Of a DNA stretch of 33,759 nucleotides, positions 20,026 through 31,500 are shown piece by piece. Position numbers and translations under genes: made by a program. Position 1 is the stretch's first letter, and the number at the start of each line of letters is the position of its first letter. The DNA is from Octopus bimaculoides (Eukaryota). The DNA is taken from NCBI RefSeq assembly GCF_001194135.2, contig NC_068985.1, positions 3,433,665 through 3,467,423 of the forward strand. Reading direction: 5' to 3'. The notes under the pieces were generated by a model, which saw only the letters and a list, made by a program, of their open reading frames with translations, did not search any database and had not been told where the DNA came from.

Positions 20026-20595
20026 ATGAACCAAGCGTTCAAATATGGGAGTTAAGGTTGTGCTGCCTCTATGTGGTTAGTCATCCTGCTAGAAGTAACA
20101 GAACAATTCATAACACAACCTTCTATGATATTCAACACCTTATTCATTCTGATTTCCAATGAAAGCAACATGGGCTTGGCCAATTCTGTAATTGGTCAGG
20201 TTCTCTTCCGGAATCCTACCAGTTCCGACACCTCATTGACTGAAATATGTACAACAAAGATGATTTTTGAACATTTTAAGAAAGATTTATTTCAAACAAT
20301 TTATTTCTCGTATAATAATCAATTCTCGGCTACAAGTGTCCGTACACAGAATATACAATATATTATCGAAAGGAGTTACAAAATATGTATGCAGGTATGA
20401 ACACACACACGTACATATATGTATATATATATATGTATACATAAACGATGTTACAATTTATATATATATATATATAATGAAAGTAAACAAAGTTTATTTT
20501 AGAAGCGTTGAAATGTATTGAAAGATACAGAAATAATTTTTTTTTTAATTCTCAAACGCGTGATAATGCTAATAAATAGCGTGATCAGGATAAAT
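20026..20595 (+). other. Possible terminal exon (last coding base, TGA, 3' UTR) of the p8-like gene
   Basis: Acceptor ttcatttatttgaag|ATGA completes AA|A TGA after the donor at 18501; AATAAA at 20571-20576. Confidence 0.4.
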
Positions 20596-20634
20596 TATCC
20601 ATACATTGCAGAAAAAATACGATACCGACCATCC

Positions 20635-20699
20635 ATCTGACTTGAGCTCACATACCTGTGATTACGCGTCAAGTGCTTTACCGTTAAGCTAAACTGCCC
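20635..20699 (-). pseudogene. Degenerate tRNA-Thr(CGT)-like sequence or SINE head
   Basis: gggcagtttagcttaacggtaaagcacttgacgcgtaatcac...gagctcaagtc: D-arm and a CGT-AA loop recognisable, stems imperfect. Confidence 0.45.
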
Positions 20700-21357
20700 A
20701 GTAACGAATTCTTCTGCAATTTTGGAACTTATAAATTTAGCTTCATAAGACGCATGGCCGGTAACGTATTGCTATGAGGACGTACTTCTTGGTTGTTTAG
20801 AGCTATCTGTTATTGTTGGTGTCGTGAGGCCTCGCTTGGTCTTCACCAGTTGAGGCTGGGAAGGGCATTTATTGGATTTCATAGCTCATTCCTGATAAGG
20901 ACGGAGCAGTTTCATTTGCCTGGTATCACCTTAAAACCGACAATCGTCATGATTTGCTATTCTTTTTATTCTTTAAGCTTTAAAACGAAGCTTGCTGTCA
21001 CAGCTAGGTTGTCGCTGAGCTTTAAGGCCTTACCTTCAGCACCCAAGGTACAGTCCTGGTATTGTTTTGTGGTCATGCGGGCTCATGAAGACTTGTATGT
21101 CGATAGGGATTCCACCTAACCATATATCGCCAAATGTTATATCTACACTGATCGCCACACTGCCCATATTGTGCCGCGAAGGTGACTACTAGTGTCAGTC
21201 AATGGTCGGTATTATTACTCATGTCCCTGGCAAAGACACTTGTGTCTCCCCTCCCCATATACTACAAAACCAACAAATTAGCACCGTACTATTTGGGCTT
21301 CTGTATTCGTCCCATCCTCTATTTTAAAGATAACATGTAACGATACCATGTACTCAC

Positions 21358-21510
21358 TCTCTTTCGATGGGCGACTTTTCGCATAAGATATCTACCACAG
21401 ATGTATTAAATTCTTGCTTGAATTGAACAAAGAAACCTGCTGTGTTTTTGACAAGGCAGAAGAAAGCCGCTTTTCTCCTCTCACCAACCTCTTTGATAGG
21501 TCGTAATTTT
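21358..21510 (-). CDS. Tentative upstream exon: KLRPIKEVGERRKAAFFCLVKNTAGFFVQFKQEFNTSVVDILCEKSPIER
   Basis: 50 open codons ending at strong donor GA|gtgagt; acceptor uncertain. Confidence 0.35.
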
Positions 21511-21620
21511 CTAAACTCTCAATCTTTCAGCAAAATGTTCTTTATTCATAAAGAAGAATCGTCTGTGAAGGATATCCTTTCACTATTCATTTATATTCCC
21601 GAAGTGGTATGTACATTGAA

Positions 21621-21934
21621 GTTATTGTTATATTTCGGGACGGTCATATTTTTCTTGCCAAATAAACACTCGCACTGTATATATTCATTTTTCACTTCAG
21701 ATTTATCATTGTTCTTATTTTAGTGTCCTTTGTCTGGAATCTTTTGTCATGCATCCTGTGAACTCTTCAGACATTCCGCATGTTGCCAGTTCTTAAACAG
21801 AACAAGATGTGTGACCAAAGATTTCAGACAAATGACACCAAGATAAAAACAATACTAAAGCTGAAGTGAAGAACGAATATACAGCGCGTGTGTTTATTTC
21901 GCAAAAAACGACCGTCCCGAAATACAACAATATC
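21621..21934. mobile_element. Fold-back (MITE-like) element: inverted arms of about 130 bp, 50-bp spacer
   Basis: 21621-21755 is the reverse complement of 21806-21934 (e.g. tatttcgggacggtc / gaccgtcccgaaata), roughly 80% identity by eye. Confidence 0.8.
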
Positions 21935-22199
21935 TGTTTCAGTACACGGTTTCACATCAGGAATTTTACAAAACAAATTCATAAACGTCATACATTGTTG
22001 CTGTTGTCGCCAAGCGTATTCTTTGCCATTCTTTATTTATCGGTTGGAATGTTGTTATTTTTTCTTCTACAACTTGTTTGCATTTTCTTTATTCTATTTT
22101 TGTTACTATTTGTTTTCTTTTGTTTGTCGATGAACCCTTTGCCTGGCGTGCTAACAATTCTGCCAGCTCGTTGCCCTGATGATAATAATAATAATAATA

Positions 22200-22415
22200 A
22201 TTCTTTCTACTGAAAGCATAAGGACTCAAATTTGGGGGAAGGGATTAAGTCGATTACATCGACCCCAGTGCGTAACTGGTACTCATTTAATCGACCCCTG
22301 AAAGGATGAAAGGCAAAGTAAATCCCGGCGGAATTTGAACTCAGAACGTAGCGACGGGCGGAATACCGCTAAGCATTTCGTGCAGCGTGCTAACGACTCT
22401 GCCAGCTCAGAGCTT
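22200..22415 (-). mobile_element. SINE family A, full length, within (AAT)n/(GAT)n; extra head fragment at 22138-22178
   Basis: Consensus motifs. Confidence 0.9.
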
Positions 22416-22455
22416 TAATAATAATGGCGATGATGATGATGATAATAATAATAAT

Positions 22456-22995
22456 AATTCATTCTTTTATTAGCCACAAGGGCTCACATGCAAAAACATT
22501 TAAAGACATGCAACAACATAAAAGACAAAAATGGGATGATTCAATGGGGTTTCCGCGTGTAAACAAAGCATGACAATAAAAATTAAACAAATTATAATTC
22601 CCAAAAAGGGAGGCACTTTAAGGTCCTCGTGGAAAAAGCCACAGGTGCCTGATCAACAGGGCAAGAGCCCTTCTCCTTTAATTCCCTTTTTTTTTTTACA
22701 GGTGCACGCTCAGAATTGGTCCTTTCACAATGGCCATTCTTCCAACCTTCCCCCACCTTTCAACAAACTTGCCAGAAGGCAACACTTCCCTCTCCACCCT
22801 CAACTTCCTTTTCAAGTGAAACTTGAAAAAGTTGATGAGGGTTTGGCCAAAGATGAAAGTGTCTGTCTTTAGCCCTTTCAATCGGGTCCACCATACTACC
22901 TATTTCACTACGGCCACTAGACAAATGAAAATTACCTGTCCCTCCCAGCCAAAAGAGGGCGGAGGAGCAATCTTCACAATAGATTCAGCGCTTTT
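22456..22995 (-). mobile_element. Tx1/L1-clade LINE, 5'-truncated 3' end
   Basis: AESIVKIAPPPSFGWEGQVIFICLVAVVK*VVWWTRLKGLKTDTF...FKFHLKRKLRVERE...FVERW, then a 3' UTR ending gcccttgtggctaataaaagaa. Confidence 0.75.
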
Positions 22996-23199
22996 TGGTT
23001 TTGTACGTACCTGTGGTCTGTGTCACATTTCAAAAGAAGAGGTAAAAAAGGTTGAAGGGAGAGGTACAAAGAAAAAGAGAAATAAAAGGTGTTAAGTAGA
23101 GGTGGTATGGTTGAAGTGAGTGGCAAAGCGGGAGAAAGGTGGGGAGCAGACGCAGAGGAAGCTTCTGAACAGCTCTGTTCATTGTACAACAACATGAGT

Positions 23200-23900
23200 G
23201 AAGTGAATTCCATCAGAAATCATAACAGAAATGTTATGACAGAAATCATAACAGAAATGTTATGATTTATACAGAAGGTGGAACCTGTAAAGATTCCCAT
23301 TTGGTGTACGCTGCAGAATGCACGAAACACAACTTGATTTATGCTGGTTGTACAACAGAACGATTAAACAAAAGGTTTAATGGACATAGATTCGATGTGA
23401 GGCACAAGAACAATAGTTCGACTGAACTTACTGAACATTTCGTTTCAAGCGGCTGCAATTTTGAAGAAGACTTGAAAGTGCATATTCTCAGAAAATATTC
23501 TGAATCTGCTTCAATTTCACTTCTCAAACTGCATGAGGAGAAATATGTTTGCAGGTTATTAACATCACGCCCAAGAGGAATGAATAAGATGACAGGAGAA
23601 TATCATCAAATTTATACAAAACTGTTTGATTGAATATTCTTCTTTCTCTCTTTTTCTTTCCTTTTTTTCTGTCGTCTTCCTTTTTCTATTTTTTTCTGTC
23701 TTTTTCTTTTCGCCTTTTATAAAATTGTAACTTAAAAACTGATGATGTTATTCCATCAACGTGTGGACGCTGGTTGCTCTCGTTCATACTTTACGTTTAA
23801 ATTTCTGTAATTTTGAATTTTTATCATTTCTTATTTTGAACTTGACAAAGACAGACCTACTGTTGAAATATCGTTCAACTAATAACAATAATAATAATAA
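23200..23900 (+). mobile_element. Penelope-like element, 5'-truncated; GIY-YIG endonuclease ORF 23262-23633
   Basis: TCKDSHLVYAAECTKHNLIYAGCT.ERLNKRFNGHRFD...EHF...EEKYVCRLLT..PRGMN fits a PLE GIY-YIG domain with the Cys-containing linker (Neptune/Nematis-like by inference). 26-bp tandem duplication at the 5' junction (23214-23265). Confidence 0.85.
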
Positions 23901-24235
23901 TGATATCACACACTGATTTTGAAGCATCGGCACCATACTATACGATTTATAGGAGTTCACAGGAACACACACGAAACGGGACAAGTCATAAACATACGTA
24001 ACTAATTACTATAAGGTGTTTTGTCTTCTTATCTACCGAAGTATTTAATCAAAAAGACAAAATAACAATGTAAAAGGAACCACTTATTTTGGTCCCCCAG
24101 CAATTCTGACTGTAAACTTCTGCTCAGAAATATCCAACGGATTATTCCAAGGCCAAAATGTAACCCGCTTTCATTTTATTCGTTTCTCGTTGACTTTCAG
24201 TTGGTTAGTTAAAGACTTCGATTTCAACAAGAACA

Positions 24236-24424
24236 TTCTTTTCTACTCTAAGCAAAAGGCTTAGATTACATCGACCCCAGCACGCAACTGATATCTAATT
24301 CATCGATCCTGAAAGGATGAAAGGCAAAGTCGACCTCGGCGCAATTTGAACTCAGAACGTAAAGACAGACGAAACGCTGCTAAGCATTTCGCCCGGCGTG
24401 CTAACGTTTCCGCCAGCTCGCCGC
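24236..24424 (-). mobile_element. SINE family A
   Basis: Consensus motifs; possible TSD caagaac. Confidence 0.9.
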
Positions 24425-24739
24425 AAGAACCAGATTCAACAACCATTTCGCTTTCGTGGTTAATCTGAATTATAAGCTGCACCTGGACACAAGTTGAGGA
24501 TCGGCATGGTATTGTGAAGCAATTTGGCGAGAACATTATAATGAGGGTATATATTTGCATGCACGTATGTATGTATGTATGTATGTGTGAGTGTGTGTGC
24601 GTACGTGTGTGCGTGCGTGTGTGCGTGCATGTGTGTATGCATGTATAAATGTCATTATTCAGTTTATTTCAAGATTTCTTGCTAATGGAGAAAGAACCGG
24701 TTTCTAACCTAGATTTAAGGTTCCTTCACTGGAAGGAAT

Positions 24740-24876
24740 ATGCTACGACATTCAAAGGCATTTTGGATCGATATTAAGAGTCTGCCGCCTTGTTTACGTG
24801 TTAGGTAGAAGTGGTCTACGTCATTGTTAATGTGGAAATTATGTGTGCTTCTTAGTATTTTTCGAGTCTTCACGGT
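24740..24876 (-). mobile_element. R4/Dong LINE internal fragment, same family as 6950-7996
   Basis: VKTRKILRSTHNFHINNDVDHFYLTRKQGGRLLISIQNAFEC; 51 of 52 nt identical to 7943-7994. Confidence 0.85.
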
Positions 24877-24905
24877 TTATGTATGTATGTATGTATGTAT
24901 GTATG

Positions 24906-24935
<30 letters not shown>

Positions 24936-24936
<1 letters not shown>

Positions 24937-25372
24937 TATCTTCACACCGAGCTGATCTTCCAAGCATTTACGCACTGCTGAGTGCAAGTCAGATGGGAAG
25001 GTCACATTAAATGAACACCTGACACATGATTCCCCAAGATACAGTATCACAGTGGACTTGCAGAAGGCAAGCACATGTGATGTGGACAGAAACTGTGCTT
25101 TAAGGACACACTTGAAGCCTCACTGAAGGGCTTTGAGATCAACCCCAGCACCTGAGAAACGCAAGCATGAGACTGTCCTGCCTGGCGAAGCTGCACAAAC
25201 AGAGGTGTCACCTCCTATGAACAGAACAGGGTGTGAATTTCACAAGTCCAGAGCCAACTCCTTGCCAACTCCTTGCCAACTCCAGTCCTGGCAGACCACC
25301 AGTGCCCAACCTATGGCAGGACTTTCCAAGTAAACATCACAGTGATTAGCCACAGCTGGACACATCATGCAC
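24936..25372 (+). mobile_element. RTE-clade (BovB-like) LINE 3' fragment, disrupted
   Basis: VRWEGHI..PDT.FPK...GLAEGK...GQKLCFKDTLEASLKGFEINPST*ETQA.DCPAWRS and a terminal HQCP..GRTF C2H2-like motif. Confidence 0.85.
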
Positions 25373-26089
25373 TGTCTTTTTCTATCATGTTATGTCCTTG
25401 GTCATCGTCGTCAATGACGGACGAATAATAATGACGATTATGATAATGATGATGATACATGTATGTATGTATCTCTCTCTCTCTCTCTCTCTCTCTCTNN
25501 NNNNNNNNNNNNNNNNNNNNNNNNNNNNNNNNATATATATATGCATGCATGCATGAATATTCTGATTTCATTTTTCAACTTTCTCACCACAACATAAAGA
25601 ACAGCTTTGTTATCCGGAAACAATTAAACTGAAAGAGACAAATTTCTTTCAAGAGAATTTCACAAACAACATTTATATGTGTGTATATACCTGAGTGTAT
25701 GAATATGCGTATATGAATGTGTGTATATGAATGTTTGTCACTGCATAAGTGGATTTGTATGTTTCAATTATGTTTGCGTACGCATAATATTTCTATGTCT
25801 ATACGTGTGTATGCCCACGTGTTATACGCTAAATCTCTGGAATGTTTTACGTGTTTTCAACAAAAAGTTATGCATGTATGTATCTTTGTCTGTCTGTCTG
25901 TCTCTGTATGTATGTATGAATGTATGTATGTATGTATGTATGTATGTATGTATGTATGTATGTAGGTAGGTATGTATGCATGTAAGGCGGAGTGTGAGCT
26001 CTTTTGCGTTTTATTTATGGTTCATAAGTAGACATAGTTCTATACAGGACACAAAAACGGTCTTTATTGTCTAACTGCGGCAATTATGG

Positions 26090-27235
26090 ATATGCATGTA
26101 TGTTATTATTCAGTTTACTTCAAGATTCCTTTCCTCCACCCACGCCTGCTCCACCCTCTCCTCTCCAACATGGAGCAGTTCCAACAGGGAGTTGGATGAA
26201 GCTCTCCAGCACTTGAGGGAATTGGGCTTGTCTGCTCCTGTGAAGGTGGACGACTGTCGAAGTCAGAGAGCTTGGGACAACATAATTTCGAAGGCTCGAC
26301 TCCCGCTTCATCCAGTCGGACTAGTTTTCAAGGTGCTGCCTAGTGTCTGCAATCGCCAAATACTCAGGTGACTGGATTGATACCATCCCTGTGGCTAATG
26401 TTGGTGGCCTACTCAGCTTGGACGAACTTCGTGTCTTCATTGCCCTCAGAGTGGGAGCTGACGTATGCACGGGTTTGATCTGTCGTTGTGGCAGGCTCCT
26501 CGACACCACAGGCCTTCATGGCCTTTCTTGCCGCCGGAATGCTGGTCGCTTCGCGCGTCATCCGGAGTTGAACCTGACACTCAAGAGGTGCTTGGCCCGG
26601 GCATGCATCCCATCATCTTGGAACCACCTGGATTGTCCAGGTGTGATGGGAAGAGACCTGACAGCCTCACCCTCCGCCGCTGGTCGCAAGGCAGATACCT
26701 TGTCTGGGATGTCACAGTTAGTGACTCTTTTGCTTCTTCTCACATCCTGGATGCTGCGGTCAGGGCGAGGTCCACAGCTTCTGCGGCAGAGCGGAGCAAA
26801 ATCCTGAAATACCACGATCCGTCGGCCAACGACATTTTCCATCCTGTGGCGTTCGAGACGTTTGGTGGGGTCGGACCGCTTCCTACGAGATTCCTGTCTT
26901 CACTGGCAACTCACCTTGCAGAGGTAACTGGGGAGGCTCGTGAGGGTGCTTGGCTTTTCCAGCGCATCAGCCTCGCCACAACCCGCGGCAACGGTGCAAG
27001 CGTACTGGCGTGTCTCATTAGCCATTAGAAAGGTTTCCCAGCGCCCCCAACATTTCAACCCAAGGTGGTGAGTTGTTTTGTTGTTTTTGTTTTGTTTTTT
27101 TCTTCTTTATTTATCTTTCTCTTATTTTGTTTTCTTCATTTTTAATTTTTTGTTTTGTCCAGCTTTCTAGTTTGATTTTGTAAAACAGCAAACACTATGA
27201 AGGCAATAAAAATCTTAATAAAAAAAAAGTTACAA
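26090..27235 (+). mobile_element. CRE-clade non-LTR retrotransposon, 3' part (CCHC finger plus restriction-like endonuclease), one frameshift near 26610
   Basis: CRCGRLLDTTGLHGLSC...RH; LEPPGLSRCDGKRPD.LTL..W..G..LVWDVTV.D; FHPVAFETFG; QRISLA..RGN. Stop at 27028, then T-rich 3' UTR and A tail. Confidence 0.9.
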
Positions 27236-27581
27236 AGACTATTTACAACGCCCTGACGTGAACATGAAAGGCATGTCAGAGCCAGCAGGTATTTACACCT
27301 TTAAAAACAAGGAATACTAGTGGAACACTCCAATAAAAACAGCAATCCGGTGCAAACACAACAGACATAATACCACCTCCCCCTGTGGGATGGAGTTAAA
27401 ATAATAGACAGAGAACACCAATGGAAAATACGAAAACTAAAAGAAGCAGCACATATACTAGGACACAACAACCTCCTAAGTAGAGCGAGTGTAGATATGA
27501 ACAGCATATGGGAACCGGTATTAAGGAAGGATAGGAAAATATTAGATTTATAAGCCCTAAAATTCACTCCATAATTGCCCA

Positions 27582-27650
27582 CCGGCATATGGCGTAGTGG
27601 TTAAGAACGCGGGTTACTAACTCCAAGATGCCGAGTTCGATTCCAGGCAG
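27582..27650 (+). promoter_or_regulatory. tRNA-derived Pol III internal promoter
   Basis: A-box tggcgtagtgg (27590-27600), B-box gagttcgattcc (27633-27644), anticodon-arm-like gcggg-ttactaa-ctcc between them. Confidence 0.75.
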
Positions 27651-27723
27651 TGACCTGAGTAGTAATAATAATAACATCTAAAAATACCTTAGGAATGAGA
27701 ACCCAGGTTCGAAATTTCCCCAA

Positions 27724-27769
27724 GACACCTGATGAAGGCTGGAGGGTATATCAGCCGAAACGTTGTGTT
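27724..27769 (+). ncRNA. Minimal type I hammerhead ribozyme motif
   Basis: Stem I gacac/gtgtt, CUGAUGA (plus one extra A), stem II ggctgg/tcagcc, GAAA, palindromic AACGUU in place of stem III; predicted cleavage after U27764. Confidence 0.8.
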
Positions 27770-27809
27770 AACAAGATGAGGACAAATATCCGTTAAATGG
27801 AAATAATAG

Positions 27810-28140
27810 ACATGATACTGTGAGTGATAGGGAAGAAAATTCATTCGCTGTTGCAGAGGTCAGCTGCACAGTGTATGAAAATGTATAATCAGACGTTGAG
27901 AGAAAAGGAAATATTTACGGTGTATTAAGGCAGAACTTACAGCTCTTGTACCCTGACTATAAATTCTCTTTTGCACCTATAATCATAGGTGCATTAAACT
28001 ATGTATCTTTAGATTTACATAGCATCCTAGGAACTGGATTTTTCGAGCAAAGAACAAAAGAAATTGGTGCATATCCTCTCAATCTCGTCTGTTAGTGACA
28101 CAGTGAAGGTTTGTAAGACATTCCAAAGATTCTTCATTTG
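27810..28140 (+). mobile_element. R4/Dong LINE C-terminal RLE fragment (related to 6950-7996)
   Basis: VAEVSC...NLQLLYPDYKFSFAPIIIGAL...TVKVCKTF. Confidence 0.75.
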
Positions 28141-28414
28141 ATAATGTTTATATGATGAGGTTCACATATTTGATTTTGTGCATCAAAAATTCAACCAACA
28201 TCTCAACTCAACGACGTGTTTAAGAACACCGGGAATTTTCTTAACAGAAAAAGTCATGTCGCTTTGTTAGCGACCGGCTTCAATTCTCTCATGAAGAACT
28301 TAAATAAATCTCAAAGAAAAAAACTTACGCACATACATACATGCAACTCATGGCCATAGACCACCATCACAGACGACAAAAAGTGAATGTATAAACACTG
28401 CTAAGTTGCACTGT

Positions 28415-28830
28415 TGCAGGGGTAGATTTCAAGGGGATCGTCTTTCTGTAGGGTTATTAATATCTTCAGTGAACGCCTTGTTCATTTTGTTGAGAAAACC
28501 TGAAGGTTATTTTACTGATCCACACGAAGACAAAAGCACCAAACGCTAGACAAAACTAGCTTCTAGGTGACCTGAAGTTTATACCGAAAACACGCATGCT
28601 TTAAAGAATACGGAAAATAGGAACAGGAGCCTTGACCTAGTTACGAAATTCTCAAAGAACACAGGGGTAGAATTTGGTCAGAAAAAAATTGTTCCTACTT
28701 GATTTTTAAACAAGAAGAATCAACAAGTGAAGGCAGCAATCTCAAAAATAATGGTCTGACTCTTTCTTCAGACTCTGGTGATTGATTGACCTATTTAGCG
28801 ATGAATAAAAATGTGTATCACGGGATTGAA
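28415..28830 (+). mobile_element. Decayed reverse transcriptase fragment, R4/Dong-like
   Basis: FQGDRLSVGLLI, decayed F.DDLK, VEFGQKK, TYL motifs across frameshifts. Confidence 0.6.
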
Positions 28831-29559
28831 CCCATCACCCAGTGGATGATGTCTAAATTCAAATGAAAGAACTTTGCTTCTCGGTTAGAAACCAGCTTTT
28901 TCTCAGTTGGTGAGAAATTTAGAAAGATAAAACCAGAACATACATACATACATACATACCCGCGCGCGCGTGAATTAATGACATTCTAATTGATATTGTT
29001 TAAATCCCAATAAAAGAACTTTGTCTTCGTTGGGGGATAGAAACCTGTTCTTCTGCATCAGTGAGAAGTTTGAAACATAAAATAAGTTAAATCTAAATAC
29101 CTTCTATTATGACGTTATTTAGGTCAATGCTCTTTTGAAATATTAATATTAAAATGTTTCCCATTGTTTGGTTGGGTTAGTTTACTAAATTCATACAAAG
29201 ACCAAGGCCACACAGCAATAGTAAATAGCAATCAGTTTGGTGTCAATGGAAAATACCTGAGACGCTACAGCTGTGAACCAAAAAACAATATAACGTTTCG
29301 TTAATCTGCGATCTAAGTTCGAAACTCGTCTGAGTTGCCTTCACCATTCAACCCTCAAGTGTTGACGTAATATGAACAAGTCAGCTAATGGAATAGAAAA
29401 TATCGATTTGTACTCCGAATAATTATTGGTGGCCTTGTGACAACGTAGATCGATGTTCTGACAGCTATTGATTTAATCGATTTCAAGCTGCAGCGACATA
29501 TCTGGGTCATAATAATATTGTAAACAACTGGCAAGTTACACTGCATCGTTGTTCTACTT

Positions 29560-30476
<917 letters not shown>

Positions 30477-31500
30477 CTAGCAGTAATACCCGTCGTTGAT
30501 CGAGTTTTACTGATTGTCGGGTGCCACATGCTCATATATAATGAAATATGATGTGATATTCTGAAATAAGATATAATAAATAAATATGAAATATGAGTTA
30601 ATACAATACTGCAAATTGTGAAAGGGTAATGGCTTTTAGCTGTTGAAACAGGTAGATAAGAGGTGGAAACATTTTGAAGGAATTTTAAAGAAACATTATT
30701 AAAATAATAATTGGATGGTTAAATATATCCCTTTATCGCGTAACTAGCGCAGCCAATTGTAGGAGTGCCATTTGGGACGCTCTAGCTAGAGGTATTTTCC
30801 ACTAGTCCCTCTTTTCTGTCGTACATGGAAGTACTGTTGAAACCTATCCAGTCCTTCGTACCAAAATTTCCTTTGCTTAACTGTCTTCGAAAGTACTTTT
30901 CAATAAGGAGTCGTGTCCGAATACATACCAATACAAGGCGAGCTTCCGTCGTTCTGCTATGGTAAGGAGTGCTTATATTTGGTGATCTTCGTACCTAGCA
31001 ACGTAACTGACTTGTATTCTGTGGCCAAGATGCGTATCTGCTTTCTGAAGCACTTACGCGCGAACGCTAGGATTCTGTGTCCCTTATCAGTAGTGAGTCT
31101 ATAGCATTCAGGCCTATACAAAATCATCGAAGTCTCCTGGGGCTTTCTTAGTTTCAGCTTTTTTACAAAACTGGTAGAACTGTTTTTCTATTTGAGATTC
31201 AGCTTCATTATGGCAGATGAGATAAGACTGAGCCTTCCTGTTTTCTCCTTTATTGAGCTGCAGCCCTCGCTCCAGGTGGATCCATAGTATTTAAAGTTGT
31301 CCATTTTTTAAAGGTTTTGTTCTTTCAGCCTCATGCTGCTTACTGAATCGTGGTTAAGGCCATTACTCAGAATTTTATTCTTTTCGGAACTTCCATTCCG
31401 TTTGCCTCTGACTTCTATTCAAGTTTGGTGGTGATAGACAACAAAAAAAAAGAAGAAAAAAGACGCTTTTTCGATATGCCTATCTTTTATTACGTTGAAT
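30477..31500 (-). mobile_element. Non-autonomous Helitron-like element; 3' end at 30477, 5' boundary uncertain
   Basis: - strand ends CTAG|T at 30477, preceded by a degenerate hairpin (cccgtcgttgatcgag, 30489-30504). Confidence 0.5.

Larger units (their letters stand above)
27270..27806 (+). mobile_element. Penelope-like element 3' end (Poseidon-type GIY-YIG C-terminus, stop 27553) with terminal repeat region
   Basis: AGIYT...; HLPLWDGVKIIDREHQWKIRKLKEAAHILGHNNLLSRASVDMNSIWEPVL; followed directly by a tRNA-like head and a hammerhead motif. Confidence 0.8.

Noticed and set aside
20100-21115. Selenocysteine reading of the repeated in-frame TGA codons
   Set aside because: No SECIS seen, a TAG also interrupts the frame, and the contexts do not resemble known selenoproteins.
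23740-23775. CTGATGA downstream of the first Penelope ORF
   Set aside because: No GAAA partner; at best a decayed ribozyme, not supportable.
28880-28940. Inverted similarity to 24655-24720 as a structural long-range repeat
   Set aside because: Short diverged pieces of a dispersed repeat; no evidence of a functional pairing.
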